Shown: piece by piece, positions 1 through 9,407 of the stretch
How positions within the stretch are numbered: the first letter of the stretch is position 1
Layout: every line of letters begins with the position of its first letter
Translations under genes and position numbers: made by a program
NCBI GenBank assembly: GCA_963718045.1
Contig: OY970350.1
Location: 450,001-482,000, forward strand
Direction of reading: 5' to 3'
DNA: 32,000 nt
From: Candidatus Saccharimonadota bacterium
GTDB lineage: Bacteria > Patescibacteriota > Saccharimonadia > Saccharimonadales > UBA4665
Notes under the pieces: generated by a model
Told to the model about the DNA's origin: nothing
Database searches by the model: none
What the model saw: the letters and a program-made list of their open reading frames with translations, nothing else

Positions 1-2
1 AA

Positions 3-1385
3 TTTAGTGATGCTTTCACCAGATTCACTAAGGGACAGAGTCCCCTGCAAAACGACCGGGTTTTGGCAAAAACGGCCGATATGATGTGTCAGCTTGCTAA
101 TGGCAAGGTTAGCTCTTCGATGCTTGACGATAATCCTGCTGGCCTAAGCAGTTTGGAACGTCCAGATGTCAAGGTTAGCGTCGAGTTTATTAACTCCAGA
201 CTGGGTCTAAAACTTGGCGCCAACGATATTAAACAGCTTCTACTTAATGTTGAGTTTGAAGTTGATGTTCATGAGGACAGGCTGCATATTAAGGCTCCAT
301 TTTGGCGACAGGATATTGAGATAGCTGAAGACATTGTTGAAGAAGTCGGCCGGCTATATGGATACAGTAAACTGCCGCTTCAGCTGCCAAAGAGAGATAT
401 CGGGCCAGCAAAAGTTAACCGTCCGGGACTAGTTAAATCCAAGATCCGCCAGATACTGGCCAGCGGCGGGGCTAATGAACTGCTGACCTATAGCTTTATA
501 CATCAGAAATTAATTGGTGCTTCTGGTCAGGACAAAGATTCTGCCTTTAGGATTGCTAACGCGCTTAGTCCGGATCTTCAGTATTACCGTCTTAGCCTAT
601 TGCCCAGTTTACTGGATAAAGTTCATCAAAATATTAAAGCTGGGGCTAAGGAGTTTTCTATCTTTGAGATTAACCCTGTACATGTTAAGGGCAATGAAGA
701 CACGGAGGAATCTAACTTGCCTAAGGAGTTCCCTCGCCTTGGCTTAGTTTTTGCTGCCGAAGATAAGCTAGCTAAAAGCAAATACGATGGAGCACCGTAT
801 TACGAGGCTCTTATGTACCTACATTATCTAATGGATAAGTTGTCGGTGATCTATAGCGTTCACGAGTTTGACGGGAAAATGATTCCTAAAAATATGATAG
901 AGCTAGCTAAGACTTTTGAACCTAAACGTTCAGCTTTAATTAGTGTTAAAGATAATATTGTCGGCTTAATTGGTGAACCTAAACCGGCTGTTAAAAAAGG
1001 GCTTAAACTGCCGGACTATGTTTCGATGTTTGAACTAGATTTAACGCTAGTTATTAATTCGCTGTCTAAAAGTGCCTACTTGGAGCTATCCCATTATCCC
1101 AAGGTGGAGCAGGATATATGTTTAAGAATCAAAGAAGATATAAGCTACCGCCAGGTTTATGATCTAGCTCATTCGGTAATTCAAGAAAATGTTGGTGATA
1201 GCGGCTTCTTTAGCCTACTGCCTATAGATATATATATAGATCCAAAAGATGAACACAGAAAACAAATTACTTTAAGGCTTAGTGTCAGCTCATACCAAAA
1301 AACAATGACCGATTCTGAAGTTAGCAGCATATTAAAGGATGTATCAGATAAAGCAGCCGAAAAATTAGAGGCTAGCGTCGTCTAA
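3..1385 (+). CDS. pheT: Phenylalanine--tRNA ligase beta subunit, C-terminal part (5' end lies outside the window)
   Basis: The frame is open from nt 3 to the window edge, so the TTG at 63 is not the true start. Contains the typical PheT core motif EDIVEEVGRLYGYSKLP and a C-terminal FDX-ACB-like end (HYPKVEQDICLRI...ITLRLSVSSYQKTMTDSEV). Confidence 0.85.
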   Translation, partial: FSDAFTRFTKGQSPLQNDRVLAKTADMMCQLANGKVSSSMLDDNPAGLSSLERPDVKVSVEFINSRLGLKLGANDIKQLLLNVEFEVDVHEDRLHIKAPFWRQDIEIAEDIVEEVGRLYGYSKLPLQLPKRDIGPAKVNRPGLVKSKIRQILASGGANELLTYSFIHQKLIGASGQDKDSAFRIANALSPDLQYYRLSLLPSLLDKVHQNIKAGAKEFSIFEINPVHVKGNEDTEESNLPKEFPRLGLVFAAEDKLAKSKYDGAPYYEALMYLHYLMDKLSVIYSVHEFDGKMIPKNMIELAKTFEPKRSALISVKDNIVGLIGEPKPAVKKGLKLPDYVSMFELDLTLVINSLSKSAYLELSHYPKVEQDICLRIKEDISYRQVYDLAHSVIQENVGDSGFFSLLPIDIYIDPKDEHRKQITLRLSVSSYQKTMTDSEVSSILKDVSDKAAEKLEASVV

Positions 1386-1840
1386 GCTTTAGCCGTTTTT
1401 TTGATCATGGTCTGTATCTTATCAAGTTCAGCGTCAGACATTTTAGGGCCTTCAGCTGTCGATAAGTAGCCTAGATATTCAGGATGGAATTCGGTGTGTT
1501 GGCTTATAATGTTAGTTTCAGTGGCCAGTTTACCGTGCAAGGGATAAAGCTTAACGTGAACATGATCAACACCTGTACCTTCGACTACCATAGCTACCCT
1601 TTTCACTTTAAGGGCACGTTCTAATATTTTGGCAACTTTAGATGTTGCCAAGATTAGTCCAGTCATTTGCTCATCAGACAATTTAAATAGATCACCGCCA
1701 GGATTCTTTTTGGGGATAACGACCGTTGCACCCGGCGTATTGGGAAAAGGTGTCAAAAAAGCCAAGTAGTTAGCGTCTTCCCAGATTGGCCATGAGGGTA
1801 TTTTATTTTTTAAGATTAGATCAAAAACTGTCTCATTCAT
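1382..1840 (-). CDS. HIT (histidine triad) family hydrolase
   Basis: 152 aa. Carries a HIT-like motif GVDHVHVKLYPL, with the third His position occupied by Lys. The N-terminal region (KIPSWPIWEDANYLAFLTPFPNTPGATVVIPK) is typical of HIT proteins. Its stop overlaps the pheT stop convergently. Confidence 0.7.
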   Translation of the reverse strand: MNETVFDLILKNKIPSWPIWEDANYLAFLTPFPNTPGATVVIPKKNPGGDLFKLSDEQMTGLILATSKVAKILERALKVKRVAMVVEGTGVDHVHVKLYPLHGKLATETNIISQHTEFHPEYLGYLSTAEGPKMSDAELDKIQTMIKKTAKA

Positions 1841-1896
1841 ACTGAAATTATAGCAGTATATGCATTCCCGTTGAGTAGCATATAATTAACCATTAG

Positions 1897-3255
1897 ATGG
1901 ACAGCAAAGAGAGAAAAGAAACAGACATTACGCCTAGAGAGTTAGATTTAAAGCAGAAAGCAATTGAAGTTTTAAAAGATAACGACCAGGGCACCTTTAC
2001 TGAGCCTAGCGGCAAGCTATATCTTCACCAGTGGCTTTGGGACAGCTGTTTTATTGCTATCGGCCAGGCTAATTACGACGTCAAAAGAGCCGAGGTTGAA
2101 ATTAGAAGCTTATTTAGGGCCCAGTGGGCTAATGGCATGGTACCCAGTATTGTTTTAAGCAGTAATCATATCGACCGTCATGACCGTATTTGGCGGAGCT
2201 GGCTTAACCCTAATGCACCGGATGATTTAGCAACTTCAGGCTTAACTCAGCCGCCAATGTTAGCTGAGGCAATTACCAGAATTGGTGAAAAATTAAACCT
2301 TCAGGAGAGAAGGCGCTGGTACAAGCAGGTATACAAGGGTTTGCTGGCCTACCATAAGTGGCTATACTCCGAGAGGGATCCTCACAAGGAAGGGCTGGTG
2401 CTTTTAATTCATCCCTGGGAAACAGGCTTAGATGACAGTCCGCCGTGGATGAGCGAACTGCATGAGCATCTCCTGCCTTGGTGGATCAGGATGCTTCACA
2501 ATATTAGGTTAGACGACATTGTTGGCTGGTTTAGATCAGACAGCCGCTATGTATCAAAAGATGAAAGACTGACTAATGTCGAGGCCTTAACCTTTTTTGA
2601 TGTTCAAAGAAGACTAAGACGTAAGAACTATGAGTTTAGCAAGTATATTGATCATTCCCTGTTTGTTATTGAGGACCTGACATTTAACTGCATTTTAATT
2701 AGAGCTAATAATTTACTTAAAGATATAGCTGAATTTATTGATGAGAAACTCGACGACGACTTACTTGAATCAATGGAAAAGACCGTTAAGCAGCTTAATA
2801 GACTATGGGATGAATACGCCGAAGAATATTTCTCTCGCGACTTTATATCCCATAGATTAATTAAGGAATCGTCTATTGCTTCGTTTATGCCTTTATACAG
2901 CGGGGCTATTTCTAAAGACAGGGCCGAGAGAATAGTTGAATCTCTCGAGAATGAGCACCGCTTTGGCACGCCCTACCCCGTCCCCTCGGCACCGCTTGAT
3001 TCCAGCTGGTTTAGTCCGCACCGTTATTGGCAGGGGCCAACCTGGCTTAATACCAACTGGTTAATTATTGACGGACTAAAAAGATATGGTTTTAATGCCC
3101 ACGCTGAAGCATTAACAGACGCGACCATTGAACTAGTTGAAAAGTCAGGTTTTCATGAATACTTTAATCCCATTACCGGCGAAGGACTGAGCGCCGATAA
3201 CTTCTCCTGGACTGCTGCCTTATATATTGACTTGCTTAGCACAAAAACTAATTAG
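1897..3255 (+). CDS. (alpha/alpha)6-barrel glycoside hydrolase, GH63-like (glucosyl-/mannosylglycerate hydrolase-like)
   Basis: 452 aa, which matches the size of GH63 MGH/GgH enzymes. Motifs: LHQWLWDSCFIAIG, HPWETGLDDSPPW, RYWQGPTWLNTNWLIIDGLKRYG. Substrate specificity cannot be told from the sequence alone. Confidence 0.55.
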   Translation: MDSKERKETDITPRELDLKQKAIEVLKDNDQGTFTEPSGKLYLHQWLWDSCFIAIGQANYDVKRAEVEIRSLFRAQWANGMVPSIVLSSNHIDRHDRIWRSWLNPNAPDDLATSGLTQPPMLAEAITRIGEKLNLQERRRWYKQVYKGLLAYHKWLYSERDPHKEGLVLLIHPWETGLDDSPPWMSELHEHLLPWWIRMLHNIRLDDIVGWFRSDSRYVSKDERLTNVEALTFFDVQRRLRRKNYEFSKYIDHSLFVIEDLTFNCILIRANNLLKDIAEFIDEKLDDDLLESMEKTVKQLNRLWDEYAEEYFSRDFISHRLIKESSIASFMPLYSGAISKDRAERIVESLENEHRFGTPYPVPSAPLDSSWFSPHRYWQGPTWLNTNWLIIDGLKRYGFNAHAEALTDATIELVEKSGFHEYFNPITGEGLSADNFSWTAALYIDLLSTKTN

Positions 3256-3258
3256 TCT

Positions 3259-4314
3259 TTAGTCGCTATCTAATTTAGGTTTATCTATTAAAACGGGCTC
3301 GACAGACGGTTGTGTATCGGCAATTTTGACTATATCTCTGTCTATCTTGCCCAGCTCCTTATACGTTGTATTGAAATGTCCGACCGTTGTGCCAAGAGAA
3401 CTGCCTAGTTTTAGCATATAACTGTTATGAGCCAGCAAATGCTTACCGAGAAGTTCAATGTTTTTTCTTATCTTATCTGTGTCTTTTTGGATTTCCAAGC
3501 TTCTTAAGCCCTGGACAATTACCTGGAGCATAGCCGAGAGAGTGCTGGGTCCGACAATAGTTACTCTTTTTTCGACAGTAGCGTACTGCATAAGATTCCG
3601 GCCGCTTACACCGCTCTGACCAACTTTATTGGCCAGCAGATCGTAATATATTGCTTCACTAGGGATGAACATCAAGGCCATATCTAGCGTACCTAAGTTA
3701 GTCTTTATATACTTAGATGTTTCATCAATTCTTTTCTTTAAGTCTTCTTTAAACTGCCTTTCCAGAGCCGGGCGGTCTTCGGCTTTTGCTTCAACTAGAC
3801 GGTTATAGTTCTCTAGAGAAAATTTAGAGTCAATTGGCAGCAGATGTTCATCGAGTTTAATAACCGCATCGACTATGTCATCACCTAGCTTAAACTGCAG
3901 TTCAAATGAGCCGGGCGGCAGCATGTTTTTAAGTATCTGTTCAAGATAATATTCACCTAAGACTCCCCGTTGTTTGGGATTTTGGAGGACATTTTGAAGG
4001 GTTTTTAATTCACCGGCTACATCGCCAACGCTTTTATTGGTTCGATCAAGTTCAGTTAATTTCTGGGTAACTTCCCTGATTATTTTGGCACTGGCATTAA
4101 ATTGGGAGGTTAACTGCTGGTTATTCTTGCCCAGCTGGTCTGTTAACTGCTTCTGCAAACCATCTTTAAGATCAAGCATGGACCGGCTAAGCTCGGTTAT
4201 ATCGGCTTTTAACAGCAGGGCGTCATTTTGGTTTGCTTTTGACGGCCTTTTAATAACTAAGATGGTCAGTAGGACCACCACCAGTATTCCGAGGATTATT
4301 ACCGCTGTTATCAT
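3259..4314 (-). CDS. rmuC: DNA recombination protein RmuC
   Basis: N-terminal TM helix (ITAVIILGILVVVLLTILVI), a long coiled-coil, and the conserved RmuC C-terminal core (LPIDSKF...MFIPSEAIYYDLL...TIVGPSTL). Confidence 0.85.
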   Translation of the reverse strand: MITAVIILGILVVVLLTILVIKRPSKANQNDALLLKADITELSRSMLDLKDGLQKQLTDQLGKNNQQLTSQFNASAKIIREVTQKLTELDRTNKSVGDVAGELKTLQNVLQNPKQRGVLGEYYLEQILKNMLPPGSFELQFKLGDDIVDAVIKLDEHLLPIDSKFSLENYNRLVEAKAEDRPALERQFKEDLKKRIDETSKYIKTNLGTLDMALMFIPSEAIYYDLLANKVGQSGVSGRNLMQYATVEKRVTIVGPSTLSAMLQVIVQGLRSLEIQKDTDKIRKNIELLGKHLLAHNSYMLKLGSSLGTTVGHFNTTYKELGKIDRDIVKIADTQPSVEPVLIDKPKLDSD

Positions 4315-4344
4315 AGTATTAGTCTAACAGACATTAGTTTGTTC

Positions 4345-4965
4345 TTAGTCCTCAATTGTTACCGTAGTGCCAATAGCCGTCCAGTTGTATAGCCAGGCGG
4401 CCGTTGCCAGCGGACATTCAACACAGCCATGCGAGGCGTTAGATGAATCCGGACTGACGTTGCCAAAGGCATTAGCCGGCCGCCAGGTTGCATCATGAAA
4501 ACCATAAACGCCGTACTGGTTATTTAAAAATGGCATCCAATAGTAGACAAAGTCGTTCCAGCTGCCGGTTGAATCGTGACCTATCAGGTGGACATCGGTT
4601 TCTTTAGCATATACATGATAAGTGCCAGTCGGTGTTAGATCAGCCGCTAAAAACGCCATACCGGTTATAACTGGCGAGCTATATTCGACTGTTCTGCCCT
4701 GGCAAGCCCAGAGCTCACGCTGGCTTATACTAACAAGCACTAGCTGGCTTAGGGTGTTGTCGGCGCAAACATTAGTGACAGTAGAACTGCTGGTAGAGTC
4801 TGCTGACGATTTTATTTTAGCGATTATGCTGGCTGGAACATTAAGGTTAGTGGCATCGGTCGACAGTTTATCGTCCCAATACCGAGCAATCTCAGCCCTT
4901 CCAATAAAAGCCAGACCAATTATTACAGCGCCAATAACGATCATTTTAATTAGACTTGAAATCAT
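4345..4965 (-). CDS. L,D-transpeptidase (YkuD domain), membrane-anchored
   Basis: N-terminal TM anchor. YkuD catalytic signature with His (YGFHDATW) and SHGCVECP (the Cys nucleophile motif). Confidence 0.8.
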   Translation of the reverse strand: MISSLIKMIVIGAVIIGLAFIGRAEIARYWDDKLSTDATNLNVPASIIAKIKSSADSTSSSTVTNVCADNTLSQLVLVSISQRELWACQGRTVEYSSPVITGMAFLAADLTPTGTYHVYAKETDVHLIGHDSTGSWNDFVYYWMPFLNNQYGVYGFHDATWRPANAFGNVSPDSSNASHGCVECPLATAAWLYNWTAIGTTVTIED

Positions 4966-5007
4966 ATAAAAAGCTTACCTAGCATGCTCAATATTATACC
5001 TTATCTT

Positions 5008-5043
5008 AAGAATAAAAATGATCCGGGAAATACATCCCGGATC
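5008..5043 (-). terminator. Intrinsic terminator downstream of mpg
   Basis: Perfect 9-bp stem GATCCGGGA/TCCCGGATC (5020-5043) with a 6-nt loop, followed on the minus strand by ATTTTTATTCTT. A second 7-bp hairpin TAGGAAG/CTTCCTA lies at 5046-5066. Confidence 0.65.
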
Positions 5044-5136
5044 TGTAGGAAGCCTCACACTTCCTATTTATTAGCTTATGCTTGGGCGTTTTAAATTTCA
5101 ATATATTTTTAGGTAATTTGTAATGTATATCACAAA

Positions 5137-5712
5137 CTACTTGTGGTTATTAGATACAAATGGGTTGTCTTTAATATAAAAACGCCATTTAACTTCTTTG
5201 GCTTTGCTTATGCCTATCCTTTCGCTGGCTGCAATTAGGCTGCTATTAATAGGCTTTTTGATAACCAGCTTAAGTGGCTCCTTAGTTAAATCATGATTAT
5301 TCAGTTCCCTGCCGATACTAAGAGCCTGGCAAACTTTACCAGGCCCATTCGTTAGTTCTAGCTTTGTCTTAACATTCTTCCTATTGGCTCTAATCAGCTT
5401 TAAGCCGCTAATAGGTTCTACAGCTCGTATCAGTACGGCTGAACCGTGACCCGGTGGTCCAACCACAATGTTCAGACAGTGATGCATGCCGTAAGTAAAA
5501 TAGACGTAAGAAAAACCGGCCGGACCAAACATTGCCTCGGTTCGTTTAGTTGAGCCCCTAAAGCTATGGCTGGCTGGATCGAGCTGATTATAAGCTTCGG
5601 TTTCAACTATTCTAGCTCTTATCTTTTGACTTCCTAAACTCTTCACTAGCTGGCAGCCAAGCAGACGTTTTGCTGCAGTTTCAGCGTCAGTATTTAAGTA
5701 AGTCAATAACAT
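5137..5712 (-). CDS. mpg: DNA-3-methyladenine glycosylase (AAG/Mpg family)
   Basis: Family motifs LLGCQLV, ARIVETEAY, DPASHSFRG.T.R...MFGPAGFSYVYFTYGMHHCLNIV. Confidence 0.9.
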   Translation of the reverse strand: MLLTYLNTDAETAAKRLLGCQLVKSLGSQKIRARIVETEAYNQLDPASHSFRGSTKRTEAMFGPAGFSYVYFTYGMHHCLNIVVGPPGHGSAVLIRAVEPISGLKLIRANRKNVKTKLELTNGPGKVCQALSIGRELNNHDLTKEPLKLVIKKPINSSLIAASERIGISKAKEVKWRFYIKDNPFVSNNHK

Positions 5713-6934
5713 GGCAGATAAATATTATCCTATTTCAAGATATACTAGAACTATGGAAGTTCGACCACTTGCGGATAGGATGAGGCCTCAAAATCTTAAA
5801 GAATTTGTCGGTCAGGACCATCTGTTAGCTAAGGATCAAATTTTAAGAGAAATAATTGAAAAGAAGAAAGTCGTCAGTCTAATCTTTTGGGGTCCGCCGG
5901 GTAGCGGTAAGACAACGCTTGCTAGAATTATTGCCAACGAAATAGATGCTGAGTTTATTGAGCTTAGCGCCGTGTCGTCCGGTAAACCTGACGTCATGAA
6001 AGTAATTGAACGTGCCAAGCAGAATAAACGACTTAATATTAGGACAATATTATTCGTTGATGAGATACACCGATTTAATAAAGCCCAACAAGATGCCTTT
6101 TTACCTTACGTCGAAGACGGCACAATTATCTTAATCGGCGCAACCACTGAAAACCCCAGTTTTGAAGTTATAAACCCACTTTTAAGCCGAACTAAGGTCT
6201 TAACGCTTAAACCAATTTCGAAAAAGGATATGGTCAAGATAATAGCAGGCGCTCTAAAACGGGAAGGTATAGCCAAGCAAAGGGTGCCAGATGAGACAAT
6301 CGACTTTTTAGCCGAAACTTCCGGCGGTGATGCCCGTGTTGCCCTTAGCAACCTCGAGCTGGCTTTAGAGATCGAACATAAGCTTATAAGTATTGAAACG
6401 ATAAAAAACGTATCTCAGAAAAGACTGCCCGGTTATGACAAGAATGGTGAGTATCACTACGACATAATTAGTGCTTTTATTAAGTCAATGCGCGGCAGTG
6501 ATGCTAATGCTGCTCTTTATTACCTAGGAAGAATGCTTAATGCCGGCGAGGATCCTAAGTTTATTGCCAGACGAATGGTTATATTTGCCAGTGAAGATGT
6601 TGGTATTGCGTCATCACCGGCTCTAAACTTAGCCGTGTCGACATTTGAGGCTGTTGAGAGAATAGGCATGCCAGAGTGCCAATTTGCCCTGTTCCACTGT
6701 GCTTTAGTATTATCTAAATGCCAGAAATCCAGAGTCGTTGCTGACGTCATGAATAAAGCTCTTGAAGCTGCTTCTAAGTACCAGGATCTGCCTGTGCCAT
6801 TAGGTATAAGGAATGCCCCGACTAAGCTCATGAAAAACCTTGGTTACGGCAGCGGATATAAGTGGCAGGCAAATTTTAAGGCAGCTGATGGATTTTTGCC
6901 AGAACAAATAAAAGACTTGGATTTATTTAAATAG
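5711..6934 (+). CDS. rarA: Replication-associated recombination protein A (RarA/MgsA AAA+ ATPase)
   Basis: PLADRMRPQNLKEFVGQDHLL, Walker A GPPGSGKTTLA, Walker B LFVDEIHRFNKAQQD, and the MgsA C-terminal domain (YHYDIISAFIKSMRGSDANAALYYLGRML..GEDPKFIARR). The true start may be M15 at 5753. Confidence 0.9.
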   Translation: MADKYYPISRYTRTMEVRPLADRMRPQNLKEFVGQDHLLAKDQILREIIEKKKVVSLIFWGPPGSGKTTLARIIANEIDAEFIELSAVSSGKPDVMKVIERAKQNKRLNIRTILFVDEIHRFNKAQQDAFLPYVEDGTIILIGATTENPSFEVINPLLSRTKVLTLKPISKKDMVKIIAGALKREGIAKQRVPDETIDFLAETSGGDARVALSNLELALEIEHKLISIETIKNVSQKRLPGYDKNGEYHYDIISAFIKSMRGSDANAALYYLGRMLNAGEDPKFIARRMVIFASEDVGIASSPALNLAVSTFEAVERIGMPECQFALFHCALVLSKCQKSRVVADVMNKALEAASKYQDLPVPLGIRNAPTKLMKNLGYGSGYKWQANFKAADGFLPEQIKDLDLFK

Positions 6935-6977
6935 CTATCTAGTTAGTTCAAAAATAAGTATAATATCAGTCTGTTAT

Positions 6978-7051
6978 TGGGGATTGGCCAAGCGGTAAGG
7001 CACTGGGTTCTGGTCCCAGGATCGGGGGTTCGAATCCCTCATCCCCAGCCA
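6978..7051 (+). tRNA. tRNA-Gln (anticodon CUG), CCA encoded
   Basis: Hand-folded cloverleaf. Acceptor TGGGGAT/ATCCCCA, D arm GCCAAGCGGTAAGGC, anticodon stem CTGGG/CCCAG with loop TTCTGGT (CTG), T arm GGGGG-TTCGAAT-CCCTC, discriminator G plus CCA. The U1-A72 start is typical of bacterial tRNA-Gln. Confidence 0.9.
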
Positions 7052-7059
7052 GATAGTAC

Positions 7060-7093
7060 GAAGCTTGATTTTTAAGGCTTCATTTAGCTTTTT
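7060..7093 (+). terminator. Possible terminator hairpin after tRNA-Gln
   Basis: Stem GAAGCTT/AAGGCTTC (7 bp including one G-U) with loop GATTTTTA, followed by the T-rich ATTTAGCTTTTTA. Confidence 0.35.
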
Positions 7094-7138
7094 ATCTCTG
7101 TTAATTTTGTTATTTTTGAAAGTTCGATCACTCATCTT

Positions 7139-8620
7139 CTACCCTCCTATTAATTTACTTGTTTTTAACACTTTGTCGGCTATAGCTCGACAAAAATTGG
7201 TATAACTAACAGATACAACTCCATTATGTGTGGTTATGCGCTTAAAAAGTTTGGTTATTATCAACCGCTTTTGTTCTGGCATTCTATTTTGATAAATTAT
7301 GGCTGCCTTTTGGGCTAATTCAAGGATCACCAAGCGTTGTTCCAGGCTTTTTGTTACTAAAGCATCAACCTTGGCCTTTTGAGCTTCTAACGCGGTCTTT
7401 TGAGCCTTAAATACCTCATGCTTTTCTACGTACTTATCCTTAGATATATCACCGGCTAATTTATCATCATAAAGCTCATCATCCATACGCTTTATCCTAT
7501 CGATCTGCGTGGTGATCGATTCCAGCATACGAGTTCGCCTTTCAATATCGTTACGGTGTTGACTTCGGATTGAATCGGCCACCCAATCAATAATTCTAGA
7601 TGAAGGACATATTAATTTTGTAAGTTGCTCAACAATTGTGACCTCAAGCTTATCCTCTCGTAGGAACTTATTACTCTTACAAGCTGCACTTCTTCGTTGG
7701 CAAGAACCGTAATAATGGCCTTTTTGCAACTGCCAGGTTACTACGCCCCCGCAATCGTCACACCGGATCATGTTCTTAAACACCGGATTATGTTTTTTAA
7801 AGTATATTGGGCGACCGGCGTGCATTTTACGTTGCACCCTATCAAAAAGTTCTTTACTGATAATTGGTATTTGAGCTCCTGGATAATCCGTACCATTAAA
7901 ATGATTTATACCTATATAAAAAGGGTTGCTGAGGATTGTTTGAATGTAACTTTTGGCAAATGGCCGACCCTTACGGCTTCGAATACCCAACAAGTCCATC
8001 TCGTGAGTAATTGTGTTTAAGGACTGATTTGGCTCAAGGTAAAGCTTGAATATGTGGTTCATAAGACTTTCTGTGGCCGTATCTGGAACATGTATGCGTT
8101 TACCGTTATCTACAACTGTCTTATAACCTGGCGGCGGCGAGGCGGGGAGCCAACCTTGAGCTAGTTTTTCAGCCCATCCTTTCATAGCCTCTTCTCTCAA
8201 GTTGTCGGTGTATTTTTTGGCGACAGATAAATGAATGTTCCACATAAACTTAACGTCAGACTTGGCGTCTTTATGAAGTAACAAATTTTCTTTGACTGCA
8301 TGTAGTCGACGTTTATCGTCTTGCTCAAGCCAGTCGTCTATAGCTACGGCATCACGAAAGTTCCTCGTGAACCGGTCAGTTTTTTCAACCGTTAAATGGT
8401 ATATCTTATTCTCGGAAATATAAGTCAACAGTTCATGGAACGTTTTTCTGCTCTGCTCCTTTGAGGCGGTCTCAGCAATCTTAAACACCTTGACAACCAA
8501 TAACCCTTTGTTTTCACAATATCCCGTCAAAAGCTTTAACTGAGAATCAAGTGAGTAACCTTCGTCTTCCTGTGACTTACTGGAAACTCTGGCTAATATG
8601 ACTGCATTTGACTGATCCAT
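7139..8620 (-). CDS. Large serine recombinase (integrase)
   Basis: N-terminal resolvase catalytic domain (AVILARVSSKSQ...YSLDSQ), a recombinase domain, a Cys-rich zinc-ribbon (CDDCGG...GSCQRRSAAC) and a C-terminal coiled-coil. 493 aa. Confidence 0.9.
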   Translation of the reverse strand: MDQSNAVILARVSSKSQEDEGYSLDSQLKLLTGYCENKGLLVVKVFKIAETASKEQSRKTFHELLTYISENKIYHLTVEKTDRFTRNFRDAVAIDDWLEQDDKRRLHAVKENLLLHKDAKSDVKFMWNIHLSVAKKYTDNLREEAMKGWAEKLAQGWLPASPPPGYKTVVDNGKRIHVPDTATESLMNHIFKLYLEPNQSLNTITHEMDLLGIRSRKGRPFAKSYIQTILSNPFYIGINHFNGTDYPGAQIPIISKELFDRVQRKMHAGRPIYFKKHNPVFKNMIRCDDCGGVVTWQLQKGHYYGSCQRRSAACKSNKFLREDKLEVTIVEQLTKLICPSSRIIDWVADSIRSQHRNDIERRTRMLESITTQIDRIKRMDDELYDDKLAGDISKDKYVEKHEVFKAQKTALEAQKAKVDALVTKSLEQRLVILELAQKAAIIYQNRMPEQKRLIITKLFKRITTHNGVVSVSYTNFCRAIADKVLKTSKLIGG

Positions 8621-8633
8621 AGACTATCTCACG

Positions 8634-8828
8634 CTAGCTGGTCTCTGCCAGTATCTGAAAAAAATCTACCAGTGATTGACCAATATCCGTAGCTTCCTCG
8701 TATGTAACATCTCTGTTTTGCTCGGCCGACAAGATCTGACGCAATATATTTATGCTAGCGGAAGTCTCGGCATTACAGGTCGACTCTGTTAAGAAAGTAT
8801 CTCTTATTTGCTCAAACGATTCCGCCAT
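8634..8828 (-). CDS. Small acidic hypothetical protein co-transcribed with the recombinase (possible directionality factor; unknown)
   Basis: The ORF track gives 8634-8843. The internal ATG at 8828 is preceded by GAGGG about 7 nt upstream, so I prefer it as the start. There is a 13-nt gap to the recombinase start. No recognisable family. Confidence 0.4.
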   Translation of the reverse strand: MAESFEQIRDTFLTESTCNAETSASINILRQILSAEQNRDVTYEEATDIGQSLVDFFQILAETS

Positions 8829-8845
8829 GCTTATTACCCTCATCT

Positions 8846-8891
8846 GTATACTATTGCTATAGCAATAGTATACTATAGCTCTAGCAATAGT
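8846..8891. promoter_or_regulatory. Perfect 28-bp palindrome plus a third half-site: candidate operator
   Basis: GTATACTATTGCTA|TAGCAATAGTATAC at 8846-8873 is perfectly self-complementary. An extra TAGCAATAGT copy lies at 8882-8891. The site sits between the XRE gene's 3' end and the start of the small-ORF/recombinase operon. Confidence 0.5.
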
Positions 8892-8947
8892 TTCAAGTAC
8901 TTTTTACAGGTTATACACAGCTTTTTTACGAGATAAAATATACTAGG

Positions 8948-9160
8948 CTATTTACCCAATATGTCAGCTGAGGTAGCACCAATTGCATCAATAATCTTTA
9001 AAAAATTTGAAGTGGTCGGGTTTTTCTCGCCACGTTCAATTTGCGCATAATGATTCTGACTAATACCGGCCTTCTTTGCTACTTCAACTTGGGTTAGATT
9101 TTTAGCGCGCCGAGCAGTACGAATTCGATTAGCTGTTCTTTTCACTGATTCATCTGTCAT
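8948..9160 (-). CDS. XRE-family helix-turn-helix transcriptional regulator
   Basis: 70 aa with the classic HTH_3 pattern LTQVEVAKKAGISQNHYAQIERGEKNPT. Confidence 0.85.
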   Translation of the reverse strand: MTDESVKRTANRIRTARRAKNLTQVEVAKKAGISQNHYAQIERGEKNPTTSNFLKIIDAIGATSADILGK

Positions 9161-9407
9161 ATTATGTATATTGTAACATGCGCATATAGATGGTTAAATA
9201 TATAACTTAGCTAATACAGTATTTAAATACCCCGACCTAAGTGAATGTTTTATGGGGTAAAAAAGTTCTATTTCGGATCCGCCGTCTTCCAATGTTTTTT
9301 GTAGAAAAACCCATAATGTCGATATTATGGATATTTTTTCTTTTATTCTCTGTTATTCTTTTTTTTCTTTCTCCTCTATTATATATATAAATATATAGAA
9401 GAGAATT

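Noticed and set aside
5710-5713. The start codons of mpg (minus, 5712) and rarA (plus, 5711) overlap on opposite strands in a CATG palindrome.
   Set aside because: This is probably an annotation artefact. RarA homologs begin near the PLA.RMRP motif, so the ATG at 5753 (MEVRPLADRMRP) is a plausible true start, and that removes the overlap.
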